Part shown: positions 8,784-17,572 of the stretch, in pieces
Numbering within the stretch: the stretch's first letter is position 1
Layout: each line of letters starts with the position of its first letter
DNA from: an uncultured Candidatus Saccharibacteria bacterium
GTDB lineage: Bacteria > Patescibacteriota > Minisyncoccia > UBA6257 > 2-01-FULL-56-20
Reading direction: 5' to 3'
Length of the DNA: 51,777 nucleotides
NCBI GenBank assembly: GCA_964483915.1
Contig: CAZADL010000003.1
Location: 1 to 51,777, forward strand
Notes under the pieces: generated by a model
What the model was told of the DNA's origin: nothing
Database searches by the model: none
Seen by the model: only the letters and a program-made list of their open reading frames with translations
Translations under genes and position numbers: made by a program

Positions 8784-9470
8784 TTATACTAGTATATACT
8801 TTCCTTTTTCTTCGTCGCGGACGATCCTGCCGCGGTCAAGCGTTATCACGCGGCGCTCCAAGCTGTTGATGACTTCTTTGTCGTGTGTCGCGAGAAGCAC
8901 CGTCGTGCCGAGTTCGTTGATCTTTTCAAGCAGTTTGATGATCTCAAACGTGTGAAACGGGTCAAGGTTGCCGGTCGGTTCGTCGGCAATCACGACCTCC
9001 GGGCGATGAACCATCGCGCGCGCGATCGCGACCCGTTGGCGCTCGCCGCCGGAAAGCTGGTGCGGAAAATTTTTCATTTTGTCGCCGAGGCCGACCATGT
9101 CGAGCACCTGTGGCACCAATTCCTCGATCTCACGCTGGGGACGGCCGGAAACTTCGAGCGCGAACGCGACGTTCTCATAGGCGTTCTTGGTGGGCAAGAG
9201 CCGAAAATCCTGAAAAACGACGCCGATATGCCGCCGGAACGAAGGAAGTTCTTTATCGAGCAACTTATTAACCTCATACTGGCCGAAGAAAACGCGTCCC
9301 CTGGTCGGTTTGTCCTCCCCGATCAAAAGCTTGATAACCGTGGACTTGCCGGCTCCGGAACGCCCTGCAAGGGAAACAAATTCTCCAGGATTCACTTCAA
9401 AGGTGACGTCCTCGAGCGCCGTCTGTTCTCCGCCGTTAAATTTTTTCGAAACTCCTTGAAAAACGATCAT
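8784..9470 (-). CDS. ftsE: Cell-division ATP-binding protein FtsE
   Basis: It has Walker A GRSGAGKST, signature LSGGERQR and Walker B VVIADEPT. The start is set at MIVFQGV. Confidence 0.85.
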   Translation of the reverse strand: MIVFQGVSKKFNGGEQTALEDVTFEVNPGEFVSLAGRSGAGKSTVIKLLIGEDKPTRGRVFFGQYEVNKLLDKELPSFRRHIGVVFQDFRLLPTKNAYENVAFALEVSGRPQREIEELVPQVLDMVGLGDKMKNFPHQLSGGERQRVAIARAMVHRPEVVIADEPTGNLDPFHTFEIIKLLEKINELGTTVLLATHDKEVINSLERRVITLDRGRIVRDEEKGKYILV

Positions 9471-9628
9471 AACGATACGTATATCGTACCACGCTCTTTC
9501 TCGGTTTTCAATATGCCAGAAATAAAAAGCGGGTTCCAAAGAAATCTTGGAGCCCGTTAAGAGCTATATTCATCGAAAAAAAACTATTTCTTGCGCTTCT
9601 TGGGGCGCGTCCACCATTCTTTGAGGAG

Positions 9629-9877
9629 CTACAGTTCTACGTTCTCATACTTTTTTCTTTTTGGGAACAGGAGCTTAAACCGAAACAGATTCTGCTTATC
9701 CAGTTGCTCCTGAACATATTGATCGTACTTCGCGGCGAGGATGAGGCGAGCTTCTTCGAAACTGCACGGGAATCCCAAAAGATCGTGATAAGCTTGCTCC
9801 TTATGCTTTGGAACGCGGAGGATGAACGTTCCTTTCTCATGGTATCGTCTCGGTGGCACGTGATGGTTGATAAGCAT
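9629..9877 (-). CDS. Hypothetical protein (82 aa)
   Basis: This is an ORF only, with no recognisable motif. Confidence 0.3.
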   Translation of the reverse strand: MLINHHVPPRRYHEKGTFILRVPKHKEQAYHDLLGFPCSFEEARLILAAKYDQYVQEQLDKQNLFRFKLLFPKRKKYENVEL

Positions 9878-9998
9878 CCGTTACCTTTCTAATCTAATGG
9901 ATTTGAACTGCCTCCATTATTACCGAACTTGCAAAAGAATACAAACGGGAACACATGTTCATAACCCGAGCTTGGTGAATAATGCAATGCATTTTTCT

Positions 9999-10076
9999 GT
10001 CATTCCCGCGCAGGCGGGAATCCAGATTCATTGGATTCCTGGATTCCGGATAGCCCTGCTGGGCTTCCGGAATGAC
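9999..10076. repeat. Bipartite palindromic element (GTCATTCC family)
   Basis: The unit reads GTCATTCCCGCGCAGGCGGGAATCCAG ... CTGGATTCCGGA-loop-TCCGGAATGAC. The termini GTCATTCC/GGAATGAC are inverted repeats. Confidence 0.7.
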
Positions 10077-10141
10077 AATATTCACCAAGCTCAACCCAAC
10101 AACTTGAAAATATATCCTCTTCCTTTTAGGATAAGGGCATC

Positions 10142-10364
10142 GCGCGCTTAGCTCAGTGGTGGAGGACAAAACGAACATCTCGTTTTGTCCGTTTACATCC
10201 CACCGGATTGCCAATATTATTTAAAATATCGGACGGTTAGCTCAGTGGTAGAGCGCTTCGTTTACACCGAAGGGGTCGCTGGTTCGATCCCAGCACCGTC
10301 CACATAGCGAAAATCCGGCGGGATACCGAGTAGGTCCGGGGTCCAATCCCTCGAGCGCGCACCA
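10142..10364 (+). other. Split or disrupted tRNA-like gene bracketing tRNA-Val
   Basis: The 5' part is GCGCGCT-TA-GCTCAGTGGTGGAG (acceptor strand plus D arm). The 3' part is AGGTC-CGGGG-TCCAATC-CCTCG-AGCGCGC-A-CCA, so the acceptor pairing is 7/7. No canonical anticodon arm was found. There is an 11-bp hairpin at 10164-10190, and a 13-bp helix (10197-10209 with 10312-10324) encloses tRNA-Val. Confidence 0.4.
10231..10302 (+). tRNA. tRNA-Val (anticodon TAC)
   Basis: The fold is GGACGGT-TA-GCTC-AGTGGTA-GAGC-G-CTTCG-TTTACAC-CGAAG-GGGTC-GCTGG-TTCGATC-CCAGC-ACCGTCC-A. Confidence 0.9.
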
Positions 10365-10375
10365 CCGAAATAATT

Positions 10376-11431
10376 TCACATCGTTCGCGACACGAAGAAA
10401 ATGACGAGGCCAAGCGCGACGAAGATTGCGGAAATGATCCAAAAGCGCATCGTTACCTGAGATTCGGGCCACCCGAGGGCCTCAAAATGATGATGGATCG
10501 GCGTCGAGCGGAATATCTTCTTCCCGTGGCGTAATTTTTTGGAAGCAACTTGGATGATAACCGAGAGCGACTCAAAAACCAGAATCACCGCGAAAAACGG
10601 CAGAAGGAGCGCCGTGTTCGTGAGCATGGCGACGACCCCGATCGTGATGCCGAGGGACATGGAACCCGTGTCCCCCATCATAAACTTCGCCGGATAAATG
10701 TTGCTCCAAAGGAATGCGAGGAGCGCTCCAATCATGATGCCGCAGAACGCCGCGAGGTCATAGCGGTGGAGCGCGAAAGCAACGGTGGCAAGCGCGAGAA
10801 ACGTAAAAAGTGAGACGCCGCCCAAAAGCCCGTCCAAGCCATCGGTTTCGTTCGCGGAGAATGCCGACGCGAAAATGATAAAAACGAAAATAGGGACATA
10901 CCAGACACTCACTTCAACGTTGCCGAAGAAGGGCACGTTCAAAACATCCCACCCGAGGCGAAAATAGAACCACCAGGCGCCGACCAAAGCCAGCCCCGCG
11001 TAAACGACAGATTTATATTTGACTCGGAGGCCGCCTCCCGGCGCGCCGCCAACGTGGAGCACGCCAAACCAATCATCAATGAACCCGAGGATCGCCGCGA
11101 TCGCGAGAGCCGCAAGCGGCAGATAGGTCTCCGGACGGCTGATGAAATTGAACCAGTGCCACGTGCCGTCAAAAAAAAGGCTCATGATGCCGAAGAACGC
11201 CGCAAGTATAAAAACGGTTCCCCAAATAACGACCCCCGCCGCGGTCGGCACTCCTTCCTTGTTTTTGTGCAATGCGTAGAACACCGGCGCCTCCTTGGCT
11301 TCGCGCAGATGTTTTCCGAACCGATATTTTTTGAGCACCCGAAACCAGATCGGCGTGAGAATGAGCGCCACGACGAACGATATCGTAGTCAGGATGATGA
11401 TCCTTACCGTTTCGGCAATGATGGGGTTCAT
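10376..11431 (-). CDS. mraY: Phospho-N-acetylmuramoyl-pentapeptide transferase
   Basis: A polytopic membrane protein with NETDGLDGL, GDTGS and the HHHFE motif. Confidence 0.9.
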   Translation of the reverse strand: MNPIIAETVRIIILTTISFVVALILTPIWFRVLKKYRFGKHLREAKEAPVFYALHKNKEGVPTAAGVVIWGTVFILAAFFGIMSLFFDGTWHWFNFISRPETYLPLAALAIAAILGFIDDWFGVLHVGGAPGGGLRVKYKSVVYAGLALVGAWWFYFRLGWDVLNVPFFGNVEVSVWYVPIFVFIIFASAFSANETDGLDGLLGGVSLFTFLALATVAFALHRYDLAAFCGIMIGALLAFLWSNIYPAKFMMGDTGSMSLGITIGVVAMLTNTALLLPFFAVILVFESLSVIIQVASKKLRHGKKIFRSTPIHHHFEALGWPESQVTMRFWIISAIFVALGLVIFFVSRTM

Positions 11432-12519
11432 ACTCTGAAATTTTCCGTAAACCAGTTATAGAGCGTTTGCGTATCCGCGAACCGCGTGCCGTCATCCGTC
11501 CCAAGCACGATGACGATGACCGGATGCCCTCCGTAAGAAAAAATGGAAAGGAGATTTCCGTTCGCTTGATCCGTATAACCGGTTTTTCCCCCGATGAAAT
11601 CCGCTTCGCCGGCAAACTCGTTGATGTTTTCCACAGCTACCCGATTTCCCGAGCTGATCTCGGTAACCGTGGCCACGGGCGTCCGCGTAACCGTAAGTAT
11701 CTTTGGATAATCGTCGTAAATCTTTTGCGCAAGGAGCACGAGATCGGCCGCGGTCGACTGGCTTCCGATCGCAAGGCCCGACGGATCCACATAGTGGGTG
11801 TCGACCATTCCCCACGCCGCCGCCCGCGCATTCATCTCGGTTATAAATTGTGTCCGGCCGTAGGCACTCGCAAGGGCTTCCGCGGCAACGTTTGACGACG
11901 GCAGGAGAAGGATTTTCAAAAGATCGGCGACGGTGTACGTATCGCCGATACGGAGCGTCTTTTCTGAAGGATCGGCATTAAAAGCTTCCTTGGTGATCGT
12001 TATTTTTTGAGCAGAACTCAGTTTATCAAGCGCCACGGTCGCCGTCATAAGTTTTGTGATAGAAGCGAGTGGCCAGCGTTCTGCCACATTCTCGCTCATA
12101 AAGCGCGCGCCGCTCGCAAGATCTGCAACAAGCGCTACTTCCACCGCGAGAGAGGGCGACGGAGCGTCGTGGACGCGGGAAAAGGTGGAATTCGCAACGT
12201 TCCCCACGAGGGCGACCGAGACGGCGCCCGTCACGATCGGCGCCGATGATTTTGTCGGCAAGGTCTCTGAAACAGCCCCGGCGCGTGCCGCATTGCTCGC
12301 TCCATCTGCGGGCGACGAAGAGGTTTCTCTCTGGGAAACAACATCCAAAGAAAGCGCAGGGAGAACAAAACGTGGGACCGCGCTGGAGGAAGAAGCCGCG
12401 GCCGCACCCATACTGCCCGTGGCGACGAAATACAGGTGCGGATACACCGCGCGCGAAAAAAGCGCGATAACCACCATAACTCCCACGAAAGCTATTTTGC
12501 CGGAATAATTTTTGGTCAT
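11428..12519 (-). CDS. D-alanyl-D-alanine carboxypeptidase (PBP5-like serine hydrolase)
   Basis: The SITK (SxxK), SSN (SxN) and KTGYT (KTG) motifs occur in order, after an N-terminal TM/signal region and a Ser/Ala-rich linker. Confidence 0.8.
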   Translation of the reverse strand: MTKNYSGKIAFVGVMVVIALFSRAVYPHLYFVATGSMGAAAASSSSAVPRFVLPALSLDVVSQRETSSSPADGASNAARAGAVSETLPTKSSAPIVTGAVSVALVGNVANSTFSRVHDAPSPSLAVEVALVADLASGARFMSENVAERWPLASITKLMTATVALDKLSSAQKITITKEAFNADPSEKTLRIGDTYTVADLLKILLLPSSNVAAEALASAYGRTQFITEMNARAAAWGMVDTHYVDPSGLAIGSQSTAADLVLLAQKIYDDYPKILTVTRTPVATVTEISSGNRVAVENINEFAGEADFIGGKTGYTDQANGNLLSIFSYGGHPVIVIVLGTDDGTRFADTQTLYNWFTENFRV

Positions 12520-13097
12520 GTCGCTCCAAGCTCTTCCGTCGGTCCGTGTTCCGCCATATCGAATACTTTCAAAAGTTCCTGGAATTTTGAGAAGTCGGGA
12601 AGGTCTTCTTTTTGTTGTATACCCAAATGCTTCATGGCGTCAAAGGTAAGTTGGTATAAAAATCCCGCCGCATGCTCCGGATCGGGAGAGCGCTCGACGA
12701 GGCCCCGGATCATGAGACTGCGGAGAATAAGAGACGAGTTCACGCCGCGGAGATATTCGATGCGCATGCGCGAAATAGGGCCGAGATAGGCAATGATCGA
12801 AAGCGCTTCCAGGCTGGCCGGCGTGAGATCTTCGGTCAACTCTTCTTTCACAAAGTTTTCCAGGATCGTATGCCACTCCGGTTTCGTCGCAAGCTGGACT
12901 TTTTCGCGGTCGGCGATAAGCTCGATGCCACGCGGAGAATCGCTCAAATGGCGTTTCAGTTCGCCCGCAAGCGTTTCGGCTTCCCCTTTTTGGATATTGA
13001 GAACCGCCGCGATCTTCTTATAGGTGACCGGTTCGCCGTGTATGAAGAGCAGGGCTTCCAGCGCCGCGATGTTTTTTTCAAGATTTGCCATGGTCAT
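12516..13097 (-). CDS. scpB: Segregation and condensation protein B
   Basis: It begins LEALLFIHGEPVTYKKIA and has a tandem winged-helix layout. It overlaps the scpA stop by 4 nt. Confidence 0.85.
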   Translation of the reverse strand: MTMANLEKNIAALEALLFIHGEPVTYKKIAAVLNIQKGEAETLAGELKRHLSDSPRGIELIADREKVQLATKPEWHTILENFVKEELTEDLTPASLEALSIIAYLGPISRMRIEYLRGVNSSLILRSLMIRGLVERSPDPEHAAGFLYQLTFDAMKHLGIQQKEDLPDFSKFQELLKVFDMAEHGPTEELGAT

Positions 13098-13864
13098 TTT
13101 TTCTTCACTATTATATCAGAAAAAATTCCGTTTTGCGTGAGCGCGACCTGTTCCTCGCGGGCAAGATGCAGGACGGCCAAAAAAAGCAGGATAATATCGC
13201 TGCGAGACATGTTTTTGGAGCGGCTCGATATCTCAATATTGCCTTCCCGCTCGATCCGCGCCAAAACCTCGGCAATTTTTTCTTCGAGCGTCACTATTTT
13301 CCCCGTGATGGTTTTGGTTTCAAGCTCGTATCGTTTGATGGTTTCAAGGATCTGGCCCAAAGCCGCAGCGAGCGCCGGAATCGCCACGCTGCCTCCCGGA
13401 TAAAACACTTTGGCCCGCGCCGCGAGCCCGCCCCCTCGGCCAAGAAAATACGGTCGGCTATACGAATGGTGTCCGTCACGCCATAATTTGAGGACATTGC
13501 GCAGCGCCGGTTTCAAGGATTGATATATTTTGAGCCGCCCTTCCAAATCTTTGATATCCGCCTCCTCTTCTTTGGTGAGTGAGAGTCCCGGCAAGAGATA
13601 TTTGGATTTCAGGAATATGAGTTTGCTCGCTACCGCGATGAAATCAGCGACCAAACGCAGGTCTTCGCGGAAAGCCGCCGCAATTCCATAATCCATTTTG
13701 TCTATGACGTGCGCCGCAGGCCTGATCTTTTTGATATAACGCAAAAAATCTTCCGTGACGTGGGCCATGCTTACCTCACTTACATCCATTTTTTGGGCTT
13801 CAATGAGCTCAAGCAGCTTTTCGAGCGGTCCGCTGAATTTTTCGGTTTTCAGTTCGTAGGGCAT
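13094..13864 (-). CDS. scpA: Segregation and condensation protein A
   Basis: Kleisin N-terminus FSGPLEKLLELIEAQKMDVSEVSMAHVTEDFLRYI. Confidence 0.85.
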   Translation of the reverse strand: MPYELKTEKFSGPLEKLLELIEAQKMDVSEVSMAHVTEDFLRYIKKIRPAAHVIDKMDYGIAAAFREDLRLVADFIAVASKLIFLKSKYLLPGLSLTKEEEADIKDLEGRLKIYQSLKPALRNVLKLWRDGHHSYSRPYFLGRGGGLAARAKVFYPGGSVAIPALAAALGQILETIKRYELETKTITGKIVTLEEKIAEVLARIEREGNIEISSRSKNMSRSDIILLFLAVLHLAREEQVALTQNGIFSDIIVKKK

Positions 13865-13880
13865 GTGAGTTGAGATTCTT

Positions 13881-13921
13881 GAGGTCCGGCCTCTATTTAT
13901 CGAGGCCGGACCTCGATAAAT
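13881..13921. terminator. Overlapping alternative palindromes downstream of the DUF4015-like gene
   Basis: A 13-bp stem GAGGTCCGGCCTC/GAGGCCGGACCTC overlaps an 11-bp stem ATTTATCGAGG/CCTCGATAAAT. The element is related to the one at 44740-44762. Confidence 0.5.
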
Positions 13922-15280
13922 CTATTTTGGGTCGAGTGCCGCAACGGTGTAGTCGTTCGCCGCGTTCCACAACATCCAACCGTCGTAGTATTTATTCGAA
14001 GTTGTCGTATTAAGGGTATCGTAGACCGCCTGCTTTTCCTGCCGAACCATTTCCGCCGTATAGACCGTTCCCGGCGCACCCGTTGGACCGAGGCTGAAAT
14101 CCTGGAGCCAGGGGCGGAGTTTGGTTTCGGAAACTGCGCCGAAATAGAACGCCGCCGCGGATGATGGTTTGGAAGTGGAACTCGGCGTGGAACTTGCCGA
14201 GCTTGCGGGAACCGGCCGGCCCATCGCGACCAATTTCGCAAGCGCGTGCTCAAGCGAATACGCGATCACCTGGTACGGATACGCCGCCGGATATTTATAA
14301 CCGACAAATCCGGACGCGTAGTGCGATGAATAGACCATCGGGCAAACGTAATCGAAATATTGGTACGCGGCCTCGATGACCTGGCCGATGCCCATATCGT
14401 CGTCGCTCACCGTCGTGAGTCCGAACAAGTCCGCCGAAAGTTTCTCGTTTGGAAATGTATCCCGCAAAAATTTGAAATAGTCCGCGATAACCGTCGCCAT
14501 CGGCGTTGTGCCGTCCCACGCCGGGTAATCAATGGCGGCGATCGATCCATCTGACGCGAACCGAACGTAATCAAAGTTTACTTCGTCGAATCCGCGGCCG
14601 AAGGCGTCTCCCGCAATCGACGCAAGGTAATCCCACACCGGACGCTCCGCCGGATCCATCCACGCGAGGCCGTTTTTATCCGTCCAAACCGCGCCGGTCG
14701 TCTTGTTGCGCATCGCCCATTCCGGGTGCGCCTTCGCCAAAACCGGATCCTGGAAATCGGTGATGCGGCCGATCACATAGATACCGTTGTCGTGCAATGT
14801 TTTTATTAAACCGTTGACGCACGGGATTTCGATGTTGTTCTCCGCGCCAGATGCTTTCACCTCGGGAACATCCATCGCGTAGGAAACGTAGCCAGAATAA
14901 TCTTTAATGTCGATCACGACCGCATTGAGTTCAGTGCTTTTGATCAAATGAATGACCGATTGCATCTTGGACGCCGACCCCGCCGACCAGCCGGTAAGGT
15001 AAATCCCCTTCACAACCGATGGCGGATTTACAAGCTGAGGCTGGGGCGGGACGCTGCAACTCACGCCATACTGAAGCGCCGCGGGAAGTCCCACTACTGC
15101 CGTCGCCGACGGACTGGATGAAGGCGCTAAAACGTCTGAAATATATTTTACCGCGAGCGGCAGCACGGGTGTGGCCGAAGAGCGCTCAAAAAGAAAAACT
15201 CCTCCCAAAACAACGAGGACGGCAAGCGAGATGAGAAAAAGTTTCATGGAGAAAGTGTTCTGGAAGGTTATCATGTACAT
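13922..15280 (-). CDS. Putative TIM-barrel glycoside-hydrolase-like protein (GHL/DUF4015-like), secreted or anchored
   Basis: An N-terminal TM helix is followed by VKGIYLTGWSAGS...LNAVVIDIKDYSGYVSY and EVNFDYVRF, typical of the DUF4015-type family. Confidence 0.55.
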   Translation of the reverse strand: MYMITFQNTFSMKLFLISLAVLVVLGGVFLFERSSATPVLPLAVKYISDVLAPSSSPSATAVVGLPAALQYGVSCSVPPQPQLVNPPSVVKGIYLTGWSAGSASKMQSVIHLIKSTELNAVVIDIKDYSGYVSYAMDVPEVKASGAENNIEIPCVNGLIKTLHDNGIYVIGRITDFQDPVLAKAHPEWAMRNKTTGAVWTDKNGLAWMDPAERPVWDYLASIAGDAFGRGFDEVNFDYVRFASDGSIAAIDYPAWDGTTPMATVIADYFKFLRDTFPNEKLSADLFGLTTVSDDDMGIGQVIEAAYQYFDYVCPMVYSSHYASGFVGYKYPAAYPYQVIAYSLEHALAKLVAMGRPVPASSASSTPSSTSKPSSAAAFYFGAVSETKLRPWLQDFSLGPTGAPGTVYTAEMVRQEKQAVYDTLNTTTSNKYYDGWMLWNAANDYTVAALDPK

Positions 15281-15424
15281 TTTAACACTTGAACACTACG
15301 ACATGACGACCCTTGAACATCCTACCTGAGACCATGCTTCGAATCAATTCCATTGGCTGTTCGGAGTTCGCCTCAAAATAAAGCCAGCTTGGTTTGTTTT
15401 AAATTATTCTCTATAATTCGGATT

Positions 15425-16531
15425 ATGGCGCAGGCCCTCTACCGAAAATATCGGCCCAAAAAGCTGGAGGAGCTTCTTGGACAGGAAACCAATGTCCAGA
15501 TCCTCAAAAATGCCGCAAAGACCGGGCGTATTGGCCAAGCCTACATTTTCTACGGGCCACGCGGCACCGGAAAAACAAGCACGGCGCGGCTCCTCGCGAA
15601 ACTTTTAAACTGCGAAAAACGCCGGAGCGATCCCGTATTCGCGGAACTCGGCGAACCTTGCAATGTGTGCGCTGCCTGCCGCGAGATCGACGCGCAAAAT
15701 TCCTTTGACGTTATTGAAATCGACGCGGCCTCCAACCGCGGCATTGACGAGATCCGAAATCTTAAAGAGAGCATCCGCACTTCTCCCGCGTCGGGCGGTT
15801 CGAAAATCTATATCATTGATGAGGCGCATATGCTCACGCCTCAGGCATGGAACGCGCTCCTCAAAACGCTTGAGGAACCGCCAAAACACGCCGTGATTGT
15901 GCTCGCGACCACGGAATATGAAAAATTGCCGCCGACCATCACCTCGCGTGCCCAGCGTTTTATCTTCAAACGGCATTCCAAGGAAACTATCATGAAAAAG
16001 CTTGCGATGGAAGCGAAAACCGAGAAGATAAAAATAGAAGAACGGGCCCTTGAACTGATCGCCGCAATTGCGGAGGGCAGTTTCCGCGACGGGGAATCGC
16101 TTCTTGACCAGATCGCCTCCTTGGGCGGCGCGATCGCGCTCGCGGACGTGGAGCGCATCACGGGCCGCACCGGCCTCGCAAAAATTTCAACGTTCGCCGC
16201 AATGCTTCTGCGGAAAGACCTACCCGCGGCGCTTGGAGAACTCTCCACGCTCACCGATGAAGGTGCGAATCCAGTCCAATTCACAAAGGACCTGATCCAC
16301 TACCTCCGCAAAGTGCTTGCTCTAAAATTGAATCCATCGCTTGAACAAATTTTCGAACGTGACCTGACCAAGGACGAAGTGGCGGCCGTAAAAAAACTGG
16401 GAGAGTCTGCGGACGTCACATTTCTGGTTACGCTCGAAAAATCGTTTATTCGCGCTTATTCCGAAATGCGCTATTCCCCGTTTGCTACGACGCCGCTCGA
16501 GATCGCTCTCGTGGAAAACATACAACCATGA
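15425..16531 (+). CDS. dnaX: DNA polymerase III subunit gamma/tau (short form)
   Basis: It has YRKYRPKK, GPRGTGKTS (Walker A), the CxxCxxC zinc module, IIDEAHML and SRAQRF. Confidence 0.85.
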   Translation: MAQALYRKYRPKKLEELLGQETNVQILKNAAKTGRIGQAYIFYGPRGTGKTSTARLLAKLLNCEKRRSDPVFAELGEPCNVCAACREIDAQNSFDVIEIDAASNRGIDEIRNLKESIRTSPASGGSKIYIIDEAHMLTPQAWNALLKTLEEPPKHAVIVLATTEYEKLPPTITSRAQRFIFKRHSKETIMKKLAMEAKTEKIKIEERALELIAAIAEGSFRDGESLLDQIASLGGAIALADVERITGRTGLAKISTFAAMLLRKDLPAALGELSTLTDEGANPVQFTKDLIHYLRKVLALKLNPSLEQIFERDLTKDEVAAVKKLGESADVTFLVTLEKSFIRAYSEMRYSPFATTPLEIALVENIQP

Positions 16532-16959
16532 ACCTCCCCGAAAAACCGAACGGCGAACGGCGCTTTCTTGACTGGCTCATCGCCGGACTCGGGATTGTCC
16601 TCGCCATTTTGCTGTTTTTCCTGGTGCGGCAATACCAAGTCCTGAGGCGGGAAGCAATCCTCAACGCCCGTGAGTCATGGCTCATGAACGCCATCAAAAA
16701 TCATCCGCACCTTACGGCAGATGACGTAAGCGTCGTAAGCGCGTGGATGACTTTTGATTATGTCAATACATTATTCAACCTTCCGCCCGATTATTTGAAA
16801 GCACAGCTTTCTGTTTTAGATGCAGCATATCCGAAGCTCACCATCAATAAATTCGCAAACGAGAGCCGCGCGAGCGCGTCCTCCATGCTCGCCGCAGTGC
16901 AAGCTGCGATACGGCAATACCTTGCGCAGCCGGTTTTCCAAAATACTTCCTCAACGTAG
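16528..16959 (+). CDS. Hypothetical membrane-anchored protein
   Basis: The 143-aa ORF has one TM helix and overlaps the dnaX stop by 4 nt. Confidence 0.45.
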   Translation: MNLPEKPNGERRFLDWLIAGLGIVLAILLFFLVRQYQVLRREAILNARESWLMNAIKNHPHLTADDVSVVSAWMTFDYVNTLFNLPPDYLKAQLSVLDAAYPKLTINKFANESRASASSMLAAVQAAIRQYLAQPVFQNTSST

Positions 16960-16969
16960 ACCTTGATCC

Positions 16970-17569
16970 ATGGACGTCCTTGCCGCTCTCCTTTCGTGGT
17001 TGCTTCTCTATAAATATGCCGCGCTCTTTGCCATCGTCTATAGCGCATCGCTTCTCCTCCCGCTCCCCGCGAACGCCACGCTCCTTGCAGTCGGCGCATT
17101 TTCAAGCCAGGGCTATTTCAATTTTTTGCTGTCGCTCGTGATCGCGGTTTCGGCGAATACTCTAGGCGACCTCACGGGCTATGCCATTACGCGCAAATGG
17201 GGAGAGGTGATAATGCACGCACTCCGGCTCCATAAATTCCGTTTCTTCGGCCAACTGGCGGAGGAGTTCAGAACCGATGCCGCAATCACCGTTTTTACCA
17301 CACGCTTCGCCAGTTCTTTAAGCACGATCTCGAACTTCCTTGCGGGGCTCGTGGAGGTGCCGTTCGGCACATTTCTTTTTTATGATATTCTCGGAAATTT
17401 CATCGAACCGGGCGCCGCGCTATCGCTCGGTTATCTCGTCGGCAACTATTGGAACGATCTTTCGGGACCTATTGAAACAATGACCGGCGCCGTCGCTCTT
17501 GCAGTCATTATATTCGTCCTCGTCCGTATCTCGCGGAGGATAGCAAGAAAATATGATCACGCGGAGTGA
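16970..17569 (+). CDS. DedA/SNARE-associated family membrane protein
   Basis: The 199-aa ORF has DedA-like topology and the segment GDLTGYAITRKWG. Confidence 0.75.
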   Translation: MDVLAALLSWLLLYKYAALFAIVYSASLLLPLPANATLLAVGAFSSQGYFNFLLSLVIAVSANTLGDLTGYAITRKWGEVIMHALRLHKFRFFGQLAEEFRTDAAITVFTTRFASSLSTISNFLAGLVEVPFGTFLFYDILGNFIEPGAALSLGYLVGNYWNDLSGPIETMTGAVALAVIIFVLVRISRRIARKYDHAE

Positions 17570-17572
17570 AAC

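Noticed and set aside
9587-9631. The TAG stop of the 82-aa ORF (9629-9631) is followed in frame by 14 more sense codons (LLKEWWTRPKKRKK) before the next stop, which hints at read-through.
   Set aside because: A 14-codon open stretch after a stop is expected by chance about half the time. The ORF itself has no recognisable family, and nothing else supports recoding.
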